Of a DNA stretch of 64,000 nucleotides, positions 23,815-36,761 are shown piece by piece (position 1 is the first letter of the stretch; every line of letters begins with the position of its first letter). The DNA comes from Guillardia theta CCMP2712 (taxonomy: Eukaryota > Protista > Cryptophyta). A program made the translations under genes and the position numbers. The stretch is taken from NCBI RefSeq assembly GCF_000315625.1, contig NW_005434645.1, positions 21,413 through 85,412 of the forward strand. The letters are read 5' to 3'. Under the pieces are notes generated by a model. That model saw nothing but the letters and a program-made list of their open reading frames with translations, ran no database searches and was not told the DNA's origin.

Positions 23815-26800
23815 TTATGAGAACGACTGGTTGAGATTTCGACTCTTTCCACGAACCATATGCTGCTCCAGATGATGCAGCCACGCATCGAAATCTTGGT
23901 TCTGCTTTTTATCCGACATCGACGTCGGGGAGGGTATCGCAACGCGCGAGATCTGGTCGGGGGACAGAACCCGAATCTCGCTCCCTCCCCTTCGACTCAC
24001 TCCTTGAGGTTGCAACCCTCCATTCTCGTAGTCACTAAACAGACGATCCTTGAGCTGGTTATCGCTCTTGTACGATCGATCGCTCTGCTGCTGCACTGGC
24101 CAGGGCTCGCCGTCCAGGTCCTGCCGTGAAGATCGACCCTCTGTGGAAGTTGTTGACAGATCTGAGCTGCTCTGACTGCGATAGGCGATGTTTTCAGTGC
24201 TGCTCCTCACCTTCTTTTCAGTCGGCACGTGAGGACGTGGAGCCTGCCGGATCACTGCGAAGTCTCGAACCTCCGGCCCATAGCGCTTGTCCTGCAAGCC
24301 GATAACGACTGCCGTGTGCGCTGCTCCGAGAAGCATCTCATTCACTTCCGTCACTTTCATCCCTTGCACGCGAGCTCCGTCGATGGTCATGACCACACTT
24401 CCAACTTGAATTCCACACTTGGCAGCGCTGCTTCCCGCCTCGACATTGGAGACAAGAATCTTGCCCGTCTTCTTCTCCAGGCCCAGCATCACACCCACCC
24501 CACAATGTTCCACGTTTGCTCGATGATCTCGAAGGTTCGAATGTCCTTCCAATTCTGCTTGAACCAGATTATCTGCATGTCCATTTTTCTCTTGCCTGTG
24601 CACGTCATGACCTGCAAAATCTGTGGACGGCCTGATGGGAAGAACGCGAGGAATTCTAACATTCGAATCTTGTGAAGTTCCGTTGGAATTCAAGCGATGG
24701 AGTTCTTCTTTGACCGGCTTGATCTCTTCGATGATTTCAGGTACCTTTGAGGCAGGGTTGTCCTTCTGTACAGGAATCTCTTCAGGAGCTGCATGCGTAT
24801 TTGCCTCCACTTTGTCAACAATGTCGTTCCTTGTTTCAGCAGAAGGAGCGATGTGATTCCTGCTATCAAATCATAACCACACTAAATACTGAAGTAAAGG
24901 AGAACAAACCTGTTGGCATGGGAAAGATTTTCTTCAATAAGACTGTAGTCGCTTGCTATCTCTGGAGAATTTTCAACTGTCTTCTTTGATTCATGATGGT
25001 AACCAACGTCTGAGCCTCCCAATGAATCTGTTCCTGTGAGGACCGCAGATTCTTTTCCTGACCTCGGAATTTCATGTGCTATCAATGTTTGGCTCTCGTC
25101 TACTTTACTTGCTACCAACGTTTGATTTTCTTCAGTCTCTGACTTCTCTTCGTCGCGCATTTTCAGTCTGCGAATGAGCTCGTTCTTTTCTTGCTCAGCC
25201 CGCTCGTTTAATCGCTTTGCTTTCTCAATCAAGTCTTCGCCTGAGAATGTAGATTTCATTGCTTCAGATTGAATCGCTGCTTCATGTTCCCCCTTCAACC
25301 TCTCCAGGTAGGTCCAGGCGTTCTGATAAGAGTTCTTGTTGGTATCTGGTACTTCAATCGGTCGTGTGAACAGATTCTTTTCAGCGCCGTTAAGGTCAGA
25401 AAGTTCCACATTATCATGCCGATTCTGCTGCAAGTGTCAAGAGAGCAATTTCACATCAGCAAGAAATTGAACCGCTGATGCTTTGTCAGAGCCGTTCACT
25501 GGAATTTCCCAGTTACTTGGGGATTCGAAAGAATTGCTGTCGTCATTCTTCAATTCCTTGGACTCTGATGAACGTAGAAGGGCGGTCATTCAACGATTGT
25601 GAGGGAAGAGATTACCTTGTAAGTATTTGTGCTCAATAGGTGCATCGTGAACTTCAGCAGCCTAAGAAATGCATCAGTCTTCGGACGATGATGATGACCA
25701 ATACACACATCAGATGTAGCTTCTGTTTCTTTCTGTTTCTTTGCATCTGTTCGATATAATCTAAGATGGTTTTTATGGAAGCTAAATTGGGATTGCCTGT
25801 TATGAAGGACAGCAATGCTGCCTCGTTGGTGCTGTTTGGATTCAAGGCATATGCCAGCTTGATTGACAGCCAGTCAAACTGTTGAGCGCATTGAGTCAAA
25901 CGACTTCGCCACAAGATCTAATCATTTCTTTTACCTGCTCTTCGTTCGGAGTGTGGTTATAACTGAAACAGTTTGAAACATATGGCATCATGAATCCATA
26001 TTCTGACAGTTGCTTTTCCAACAACATCATTCTCGCAAAGCATGCATGGAGTTCTCTTACCGTATATTCTGCTGAGAGTATACGTCCTTGAATCGCCATG
26101 GGATCATTGTAGATCGCAATCAAGGGAATTCTTCCAGTACGCATGAAAATTCTGTGAAGAACCATCCGAAAATCCTGATCTACTTCGTTGTTATACAATT
26201 GATTCTCCGATCCTGCAGGCGCATCATCGTTAAAATGAATTGCCCAACAGATTGTAAAACAGACCATCAACAGCAAGGATGTGAAAGGATTTGGGGTTCA
26301 CTGAGAATGCATCGTCTCTTGATATGAGGTTGAGAAATTTGAGTTGCTTTGCTGGAAAATCTTTGAAATTTGTTGTCAGGATTTCAATTTCGAAACATGC
26401 AACACCTCACTCTTTTGATTGATGACGTCTGAAACATAATTTCTGATTTGCATGTCGATACCACTGTTGTCTTCCGTGACAATCTTCGGACTCCCCTTTC
26501 AGATAACGCATTGAGAAAAATAGAACCTTACCGTTAACGTCTCAACTTTCGCTGGAATTGGAGCAAACATCGCTGCGGTAGAGGCTAAAATATCAAACAA
26601 CACATTCTGTTGCGATTTGCTGAGCCTTGCATTGAACGAAAACAGTGAGTTTTCTATCGTGTCTTTGCTGAAACCCTCCTTCATGGCTGAGTCCTTGACT
26701 TCCATTGCACACACGGTGTTCATGTGTTGACTTTAAAAAAGTCAAAACAATTGCATTTCAGTCGATCAATGGAAACCACCTTTCTGAATGATTACAGACG

Positions 26801-27337
26801 AACACAAACGGGCTTTTTCCTGCATTGAATGTTGAAACTCAGTGCAACAACCTTTCAGAATGAAAGTTCATCACCAGTCAAGTATTCCATTTGCAATAGA
26901 GGGAGCCTCATGTTCTCGAGAGGGTGTGAGAGCTCAGTCGACTTCTCATCAGTATATCTAAAGGTCTCATCAGTTCATATCGGAGCTTTCTGGGCAAAGT
27001 AGTTCTTACGGAACAAGTACAAACACGATGGCATCCATGCTGAGTTTTCTGTGCAATTCAACGGAAGCATCCTTCAGAGAAAATTCGACTAGTTGTATGG
27101 AGGTTTGTTCTAAAGACAGCAATCACAAAACCACCGAATAAAACAAAAGATCGGCACCAGCATACTCTCCAAATGAAGCTTCCCAGATTGGATCGATTTG
27201 CTGTTTGAATCGAGTTATGTGAAATTCCAAGTCCTGTTTAGGAGTCAGATGATTGATGATGAGAAGAGAAAAGTGGATCAAACCTTGAACGAGGAAGATT
27301 CATGAACGATGAACGCTTGTGGGACTTTAGAAGTCAT
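23815..27337 (-). CDS. Multi-exon PDZ-domain protein (upstream exons may belong to a separate gene)
   Basis: CGVGVMLG...ILVSNVEAGSSAAKCGIQVGSVVMTIDG...VNEMLLG is a PDZ domain (~24500-24290). Further ORF segments separated by ~50-nt GT-AG introns extend to ~27337. Confidence 0.65.
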
Positions 27338-29246
27338 GACTCGAAGATGAATTGATTTCAAACACCAAGATACAATGTTCTGCTGATTGTCTGAAGGAAT
27401 ACAGCTATGACAATCTTTCAAGTTGTTGCTTGCTGAGTCTCGAAGTGTGTCCTCCTCATCTCCTCGTTTCCAACTCGCACTTTCCCGCGCATTGCGAATG
27501 TCTCCTTGTGCATTCTGATCAGTGCTGCACCTCGCCTAACTACCCTACCCGCTCAAATCTACCCTACCTTCCGTAAGCCATGCTTGATGACCCTACCCCT
27601 GACTTCCTCCTCCACTCCACCATCACCCCTCCTGCTACACCTCTGTTCCCTGACCCACCCTATTCAAATAAGTACACTTCCAATACCTGTGCCTACCCAC
27701 CCCACCAATCTATAATTCACCCCTGGGTCCCTATGCGAATTCAAACTACCCTCCGTTGAATGTTCCTGGCAACCACCCTACCTAGCTAGCTTCGCATTGA
27801 CCACCCCTCTCTGGACTACCCTACCTCCCTTTCACCGACCTCCCTCTTCACCCGGTCATACCACCACAGAGTCGGTACTACTTTCACCCCGCCAGCAATT
27901 TTCAAATCGGTACCCCTACCCCCTCAAGTAAGAGTCTTTAGCACCAACCACCCCCTTGTCTTCCCTTCAAACTCCCCTCCCTGTTTCTACGTCCAGTTCT
28001 TCGGATATCAAATCATCTAGCTCATGTACCCTACCCACCCTCCGACCAATGGCTGCCAAGCTGATCGGTCGGACCCCTCCCAAAAGACCCCAACGGCGGT
28101 TCTACCCACCCCCACTGTCCATGATACGGTACCCCGGGGGTGGGTCATGTTCCTACCGCTCATTCGGGCCAGCTAGGCCTGTTGGAAGTTTATTTCGTAC
28201 CTTCAGTCTATTAGCTCAGTCGTTTACTCAAAGTTAAGTTAAAATCAGTACCAAGACAGTCTATCCTGTGAACCACCCCTGCTAATTCCCTAAACTGCTC
28301 GGTCAGTGGCACCGGTAGCCGGGGTCTCGCTCTCCCGCCAGTCTAAATGTGTAGTAGTACCGGTGATTTTCCTACCAGGAGATCTGGCGGAAGTTTTCAT
28401 GTCATGGAGCTAGGCTGTGGCATGCATAACTGGAGCTACTTCTGGATCGGCGAACAAGGTACAACTGCACAACAATCTTCGAATGCCTTGAAACGGATGT
28501 TCCATCTCGCGGCAGCAATCTCTGGTCACAAGTTCTTTACGGTTCAAAATTTATCTTTTGGTCTTCAAATGCCGGCGGGCACGCTCTCTCTCTCTCTCTC
28601 TCTCTCTGTTATCTGAACTCCGAAGTTCTCTCCTCAGACTCTCTTATCTTATCCTCCTTCTCTCGTCATTGCATCAGCTCGCCAGGCATCTCCCTTATCT
28701 CTGCACTGCACATCTAATAGCCCTGCATGAAAATCTTCTTCAGAATGGACTATCCTTGAATGGTTATTGCCCACTCAGCATGACTGTGAACTTGACGTTG
28801 TATCATCGTATCTTGACTTGGATCTGCTGACATTCTTGTTTGTGTGACTTTCTGACGTCCGATGTAACGTACTATTTCAGAAACTCGGGGGGAGGATGGA
28901 ACGTATGCCAGCCGTGCCAGTCAGATAGCGCCGAGTTAACAAAAACTCTCCTGTAAACCAAGACGACTTACGTGGCGAGGCGGCATGTAGTACGTGGGAT
29001 GAAGAGGGGACTTTCCTAGCCGTCTTGCTAAGGTCCTCTCATGTCTGGATGCTTGGGTTTCACATCCTAGCATACAGTCTATCTCTCATGTGCTCCTCAA
29101 TGCTGGTTTTTGTGTGCATTAAACTCGGTCTTGAGCAAAAACTGTCTTGTTACAACTAAGGTCGATGTGACGTCTGCGGCGTGACTTTGGACTAGTACAA
29201 GTCTAACAAACTTGTATTCCGTCAAACCACCCGTTAGTGTGACACA

Positions 29247-29393
29247 TTAACTTTGAGTAAAGTTTACGACGACCGGGTGGCCGGCCGGCCCGGCCTGGCC
29301 CGGGGCGGCGGGTCCGGGTACTTCACTAGCAGCTGAGCCCGGGCCGTAACCCGAGCGGCCAGGCTGGCCGCAAGCATCTTTACTCAAACTTAA
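29247..29393. mobile_element. MITE-like element with 16-bp terminal inverted repeats and a GC-rich core
   Basis: TTAACTTTGAGTAAAG (29247-29262) and CTTTACTCAAACTTAA (29378-29393) match 15/16 as an inverted pair. A third copy of the end lies at 28223-28246. Confidence 0.45.
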
Positions 29394-30304
29394 GTTAAAA
29401 ATCTGGTAGTCACTACATAAAGGTTCGGATAATTCCCCAAATATTATTTTCAATTTTAGAATTAGCTGATTATATTTAAAAAAATAATTCAACTTGACTT
29501 CCGGTGGCAACTCCCAAGAAATGCCGAGGGTCTCGACACGTTCGGGGTGAAATCTGTAGGTGTGATGGTGTACCAGGGGTAGGGTCAATGATTTTATCAA
29601 CGGAGGGGTACTTTTCATGTTTAATTGAGGGGTAGTGGTAGTCAGTGTTGGGGGTGGAAATGGGTGGAGCTAGGTAGGGTGATAGGATCGGGGGTACCCC
29701 ACCTGCTGACCATCCTTGCCTTATAGGTTGATGGTGGGGTCTGGCATGATTCATAGGGGTAGGGGTTCAGTAAGGTATGAAAATACCGGGTACGTTTCAT
29801 TCTCGTCATTCGATGGGAAGGGGGTAGGGGTACAAAGTTTGGGGTGTCGGGGTACTGTGGAGAGGGCGCATGCAAGGAGATGGCGTTGCTGCAATGGGGG
29901 CAGTAGGCCGTGGGAGGAGAGGCGAAGAGCGGCATGAGAACCGGCATGCAGAGAATCATAAGAGGGGAGAGGAAGAGATAGGACATGACATGAGTTGTGT
30001 TGATAAGGGGGGCGATCTCCCGTCTGAGTTGCCATGCACCATTCCGAACCGGACCTCGCTCGCCCACAGTTGGTGTGATGTGTTGATGGACGTGCTGCAC
30101 GAGTCGCGAGTTTTGGCAAGAGGCCATGTTGTTGTGAAAGGAATGCTGATCAGGATGTTGAACGAGTCAGAGTATCCCGCGTGTGTGTTTGTTCATATGA
30201 TAGGCGATGTTGAAACGCAGAGGAATCTCAAAGTCGGTAGCGAAGCGTGATCGAGGATTGTGTCATCGTCAAGTAATCATGTGCTTGCAGGATTGGATGC
30301 AAAC

Positions 30305-31663
30305 ATGAGTGCTTCTCCAGCCGTACAATCGAACAACATCACTTCCTTTGCCCACAGACATCCTGAAGCCAACTCCACCAACCTTGAAGACTCGGTCCGC
30401 GTCACGCGCCGTCCCAAGCAGCTCGATGACACGAACAAGAAGAATTGGAAATATTTGATAGCAGGAGGTGTAGGTGGAATGACCGGGGCTGTGCTGACAT
30501 GCCCGATGGAAGTCATGAAGACTCAGCTGCAGTCGAAAGGGTATCACCAATACGGAATCACTACAATTGCGTCGCGCACCCTCCAGAGCGAAGGGCTGTT
30601 CGGCTTCTGGAAGGGGATCGGGCCCATGCTGGTGGCTGTCGTTCCAGCGCGAGGGGTCTACTTCTGGACGTACAACAGCACCAAGGGCTCTCTGCTCAGC
30701 CGAGGGCACGCCGACGAGGCCCCTGTACACCTTGCCTCGGCCGTCGTGGCTGGGGGCTTGTCGGCCACGATCATCAACCCTGTCTGGGTGAGCGCACGCT
30801 CTTCCTATTTCCTTCCTCTCCTCATCGTTGCGCAGGTTGTGAAGACCCGGTTGCAGCTCCAGAGCAGGGACTTGAACTCCAACAGCCGGTATGCTGGCGT
30901 GCAGTACAAGGGCTCCCTTCATGTGAGGCTTCGTGAGAATGACGTGATGGGTTCGCCCTGAGATGGTGCACAGGCTGTCCGTCAGATCTTGCGGGAGGAA
31001 GGAGCCCGGGGCTTCTTCAAAGGGTTGGTGCCGAGGTATGAGAGATTGCAGTGAGCTGTGAACTCGGGTTGTTTGTGAGACTGGGTCCAGTTATTGGGGA
31101 ATCTCCGAGAGCGCGCTGCACTTTGTTCTGTACGAGTACTTGAAGAACACGATCCACTTCCGGAAGCAAGGCATGTCGGAGGAGTCTTCTAAGAAGCTGT
31201 CGAACCTCGAGTACCTGTCGACGGCAGCGATCGCCAAATTCGCGGCTTCGGTGTCAACTTACCCCCATGAGGTGACCGGGTACATGCTTCTTGCCAAGGA
31301 TGCCGATCTTGCCGCTCGCAGGTTATCCGAACTCGCATGAGGGAGAGAGGAGCGAGCGAGGTGAGGACAGCTTTGAGGTGTTGGCGGGAGGTGACTGAGT
31401 GCGGTTGCAGATCTACAAATCTTCCATCCACTGTGTTAGGAAGATCTGGATAGAGGAGGGAATGAGGTATCCCCTTGTTGCTGCCTGCCTGCTTCATCCT
31501 CATACCTCACCGCAGGGGATTGTATGGAGGGCTCTTCATGCACTTGCTCCGCGTCGTTCCTAACACTGCCATCCTCTTCTTCACCTACGAGAAAGTTTCG
31601 GTGACTTCGGTGACGTGTGTCCTGGACCTCGCTAACGAGAGGGTGCAGGCGTGGCTGTCGTAA
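30305..31663 (+). CDS. RIM2: Mitochondrial carrier, pyrimidine nucleotide carrier type (Rim2/SLC25A33/36-like)
   Basis: Three carrier signatures: TCPMEVMKTQLQ, NPVW|VVKTRLQL, TYPHE|VIRTRMRE. Also SYWGISESALHFVLYE and LLRVVPNTAILFFTYE. Seven short GT-AG introns. Confidence 0.9.
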
Positions 31664-31833
31664 CACCCAAGAAGTCAATCATGTTCCTGATTTGTAGCAT
31701 AGAGACAGAAACTTGTACGTTAGCAACCCCATCGTCGAGCAGAGGAAACTGGTTCTCCATTCATTGAATGCTATTATTCGTTCCTCGAGACTCCAGGTGT
31801 GCATGCAAGGCGGCGAGCTGCTCCCATAGAGCT

Positions 31834-33406
31834 CTACAAGCCGTAGACAGCAGCCAGCCCCGGGCTAAGCCTGCAGCACTCCTTGAACAGTCTCAGCGCC
31901 TTGTTCGGGTCCTCTGCGAACATGTGTGACTACAGTTCAAGGTCAGCTGGACGCTGCAGTGAATACCTGCCTCCGCCAGCTCCGCCTCACGGAAGACGCG
32001 GTAGGCCTCCCGGTCGTTGGGCTCATCGAAGATCTTCGGGTCCCTCTGGTAGAGGATGTCCGAGCGAATCATGTACTTCATGCACCCTTCCCCCACCGGC
32101 TCGCCTTCATGCAGCGTGTCCTGCCTCCCATCTTCACCCCACGAGCAACAGACGAGGCGGGAGGACCTGAAAGAAGAAGAGCGCGCTGCCTGCTCTCGGA
32201 GACACGCTCGAGCGTATCCTGTGGTCTTCGAAGCGATGCCTGCCCTCACTGTCCTTCACGAACGTCTCCTGCTCTGATTCAGCTCCCACTCAACGCTCGC
32301 CATCCCTCATCCACCTGCACGTGATCGCCGAGCGCATCTCCTGACTCCTCCATCATCCTCGTCGCACCTCCCTGAGTTGACAGTGAGGAGACAAGGCTGT
32401 TAACCAGCTCAGCCACCTTGGGGCAGTCGTTGAGGTAGAACAGCGCTGAGTACATGGACCGCGTGTTGAAGTCAATAATGGTGTAGCCGTCCGTGTGAGG
32501 GGAGAAGTGACCGCCGGGGTGATATCGATTGAACAACATGTTAGGATTCAGACCCACTGCCACCCATGTGCCCTCCAGCTCACGGGACCATCTGCTCTGC
32601 TCGCAGCACCTCAGTTTCTTCTCTCTTCTGGCACTTGCCGCAGTTACCTCTCCCGGAGATATGGTCACACAGGGCACGACGAGGTGCTTGATGCGCGACC
32701 ACAAATCTTGCGCAAACTTTTCATTGATGATCTCGATCGTGTCTGCGTTCCTGTAGTCTGTTCTTGTGCTGCCGAGCCAAGAGAGTGTTCAGCGGATGTC
32801 TAGCTAAAGGGGGAATATTCAACCTGTCAGGATTCCAGAAAGAATAACCCATCTTCTCCGTCTCCGCGATCAGCCTTGAGCATTCATCTTGGAGAATCAC
32901 TTGGTTGACCGTGAAGCCATCTATCCCGTTGCCTACATCTTCTCTCTGCAAGAGATTGTTCCAGTCCTTGTCACCTTTCAAGACAGTCACCACAATCACG
33001 GACAGATGCGAGGAAGAAATTTACCGTGAGAAGCGAGAACTTCATCGATAGACTTTGAGCTCGTGATCCCTTCTTTGTACACTGCGCGAATACTCGCGAG
33101 GTCTATATCGTCTCCCCCCTCGCCATGCTGGCTCGACTGGCTCGACTCTCTCTCAGAATCTTCTCCTTCAGCAGAGCATATCGGTCTCTGCTCTGAGGGA
33201 ACGGAGCCAAACGACCTAAGCTTGTAGGGGGTGTACGGATCACCGCTGATCACGGATGATGCCTTGTGTTGTGACATGGTCGTATCCCGTGGCTCTTCGT
33301 CATCGCTGTCGGCAATGGCGTTGAGAAAGTCTACCGCAAGGTTGCCTCCCATGTCGTCTTCCTCCAGACCCGTTGCTGCATGTATCGCATCGCACCCTCC
33401 CGGCAT
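31834..33406 (-). CDS. 2OG-Fe(II) oxygenase (prolyl-4-hydroxylase-like)
   Basis: FNRYHPGGHFSPHTDG (HxD), LFYLND..GGAT, ALFFFQ|DTLHEG...KYMIRSDILY. Start uncertain. Confidence 0.88.
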
Positions 33407-34043
33407 TCTCAACACCGGGAGATGCGCCCCCGCGAGGTCAAGCAGGATGAGGAGCGGGGGAAGGAGGAGGACAAGGAAGTGAAGACGTAAAATCGTTATC
33501 AGCGATCCTCTTCTTCCTGCACATGGACGAGGTCATGAATCGAGGCACGACATCGCAAAGCAAGCATTGGAACGGCAGACAGCGCTCCCCGCATGCGTCA
33601 GCCTCGTTCATGCTACCCTTCGCTTCTCAACATCGTGAAGCTATCAGCTCCGTATCTGCTCTATGCTCCTGTCACAATCCACTCATCTTGTGCATGGTAT
33701 ACTGAGCCTTCCTTCCTGCATCTCTCAATTTCCTGCCTCTCTCGTATTATACCTCTGCTCATCGCACTGAATTTTCTCTCTCCCATAGATAGCTTCGCTC
33801 GCTCGCTCCTATCGCCCCCCTTCCCTCCCTTCCTCCTGGTTCTTGTAACCGCTTCCATTCTTGTTATGTTGTCTCTCCCTCCCTCCCTCGTTCCCTCCTT
33901 CTCCTTCCCTTCACATACTTGCTAATGGCCTCATGCCATATTTACTCGAGTCGCTTCACGTTCTGGTAACGACGCCCGTTTCATTCGCAACATAACGTGA
34001 TTGAAACCGTTTTTGTAACGGATAACGGCAGGACGGAGGCGCC

Positions 34044-35557
34044 ATGGTGGTAGCAAAGGAGATCGAGGGATGGCTGGAGAAGATACCGCTGAGGAAGGGG
34101 ATGAAGAACCTGGCGAGGGACTTCAGCGATGGCTGCATGTGTGCGGAGGTCATCAAGAACTTCCTGCCCACGGCCGTCGACCTTCACAACTACTCGGAGT
34201 CCCTCTCGGTGGCCAGGAAGCGAGAGAATTGGATAGTTCTGAACCACAAGGTCCTGAAGAAGCATCTTGGCATCAATCTAGGGAAGGGGGACATTGAGGA
34301 TCTTTGCAGTGGCGCCAACGATTCTGCTGAGAAGCTCCTGCTGCAGATCAAGAAGAAGATAGAATCGAAACTGTCCAAAGTAGCCCAGACAAAGAAGGAG
34401 CAACAGGCTGGCGCGAAGGTAAACGACGCGAAGCAATTACACAGGGAGCAAGGGAAGACAGATAGAGAAGAGAAATCGTATGCAATAGAGGAAAGAATGC
34501 CTGAGGCAAAAGCTCCGACACAGGAAAACAAGAACCCATATCAAGCTCGACTCGACTCTCTCGAAAGCCCTCATGCTGTTTCTGATTATGACCAGCAGCC
34601 ATCACATCGGAAGTTCTTCGAACCGCAGAACCTCATGAGCAGAGGACAACAGCCCGTTCAACCAAGCAGTTACCAGGGAAATGACAGGAATGGTTATGAG
34701 CAAAACTTTGCCATGAACAAGATGTTGCTGGAGATGGCCAACTACAACCTGTCACAGTTTGATCTTCGACGGAATGCTGCAAAGCCGCCGCCAGAGAAAG
34801 AAGTAATCTTGCCAGATGTGCATGTCAAACAGCAGACTCGGCAGGACTCAGACAAGAAGATGGATCCTGGGAGGAGACCGAGGGGAATCATCAAAGGAGG
34901 GACCCCTGCTCTCTCCAAGAAGGGATCGGAACGGGTCCCTGCTGCCCCGTCGTCGTCAGGCTCGAAGCAAGCAGCAAGTTCTGCAGGAGTAGCCCCGAGC
35001 AGGTCGAGAATGGTGGCAACGAAGAGAGGAGTTGGGTTCTCAAGGTGCTTGCACCCTGCGATGTGTTGGAGGTCGAATAGCGCCTGACTGTTTCTCGACA
35101 GGGAAGCATGGCCGGAGGAGGAAAGCAACGTGGACGGGAATGGACGCGATGTAGTCTCTGAGTGCAACTCGATCCTCTCCGACGTTCGGAGTGTGTATGA
35201 TCAGCTCGAGAGCTCCCTCGCCGCGCTGGAGGAGCGAGTGAGGGTCACAAACGGAGGCTTGCAAGGCTTTTCAGGTCTCGTAGCGTGCCCGCACTGTCGC
35301 TGCTGGATGTACTGAAGTTTTCTTTTCCCCGCAGAGTTCTCCGGCATGAACGGAATCGATGACCATGAATCTCATATGGGTGGCAGTGAGTTTCGCAGGA
35401 TGTACAGTCAACTCAACGAGTATCCCTGGTGAAAGACGAAGAAGCCTGTTTTTTATGGCCGATTTTTATTCACTTTGTATTCTGCAGGTTCAATCCTTAT
35501 GTCGCGCAATTCAGGAGAGGGCGTTCGGCTGACCTCCAATCATTCCATGAGCGTTAG
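34044..35557 (+). CDS. SPEF1/CLAMP-like calponin-homology (CH_2) microtubule-binding protein
   Basis: WLEKIPL...KNLARDFSDG...AEVIK...VDLHNY...KRENW..LNHKVLKK, followed by a low-complexity/coiled tail and short 3' exons. Confidence 0.85.
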
Positions 35558-36761
35558 AATGCTTGGGAACTTTCCAGGTCTTACATGTTTGGCAATAAAT
35601 TTTAGCACCGTGATTGAACTTTCTCGTTGCATCAGGGCCTCAGGCTAGCAAACTTGAAACACTGATACCATACGGTACCGTCGGTCGCTGGTGCCACTGT
35701 CTGAAGTTCAAGGCTCCCGGGGCAGTCCCCTCATCACTCGGAGTCATCCGATTATCCCCGCCGTGTCCGAGTGAGTCTCCGTTGTCGGAACGGTCAGAGT
35801 CACGGCCGCCCGGCCGCACGGCGGCCCGGGCCCGGCCCCGGCCGTCAAAGAGTTTTCCGAATTTCAGAACCAACTCAGTATTATTAGTGCTATCGGCAGG
35901 GCATCAAAATAAATTGTTATAAGTTTCAAACATATTTCAGGGTCCGGTAATAATATTTCAATATCTCGATGCAAATCGGCTCTCGCGTTATAGGTGCCCC
36001 TAATAAGCAAAGAACAGTACTGTAATTTTGCTACAACAATGTGATTTTACTACAATAACTTTTTAAATAATGTACTGTAATTAATTTACAATGCTTCCAT
36101 ATGAGTGATTTCATCTAAATTAAAACTTATTAATTATTCAATATTTATTAAATTGTGCCTGTGGGCTGTACCAATAATGGTTGTAAAAATAAAACGCAGG
36201 AGAGGCGCGCAGCATGCAGGAGTAGGGTGGACAGGTAGAGAAGGGTGGAGGAGGAGGGCGCGTGAAGGAGGAGGAGGAGAGAGAGCAAGTTTGTCCTGAT
36301 GCGACACAGAAGAGTGATGATGCAATTGATGCCACTGCACTCGAGTGAGTTAGAAACATGCACGAGGAAGAAGGGTTGGTGATAGTTTGACGACAAGGTC
36401 TTGAGGTGGAGAACAGCTGCGATTGCAGCCAGAAATTATAGAGATCAGTTGTAAAGAAGTAAAGCAAGAAGATCATTGGGAGGGATTCGGGAACAGGATT
36501 GTGATTTGGGTCCACTGTGGCAGCGTTGTTTGTTGAGATCAAGGAAGGAGCTACCAGCATCATAAAAAGATGCTGGAAGTGTAATGATATCTGATGAAGA
36601 AGAATGAGACGCATGAGTTTTGGCAAACCTTGTTCTAGCTTGTTTGGCTGTTCTGTTTGTTCATATTCCTGACATGTTCCCTGCAGGCAGTGGATTCATA
36701 CATAGCGGTTTCACTCCAAAGCAACTCTTGCTGATATTCGTCTCCCGCCTCTTTGAAGAAG

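Noticed and set aside
28347-29100. Protein or ncRNA gene between the PDZ and carrier genes
   Set aside because: Only short ORFs without motifs; no tRNA, snRNA or snoRNA structure I can support.
36010-36095. AT-rich TACTGTAATT duplication
   Set aside because: Too short to separate from chance in AT-rich sequence.
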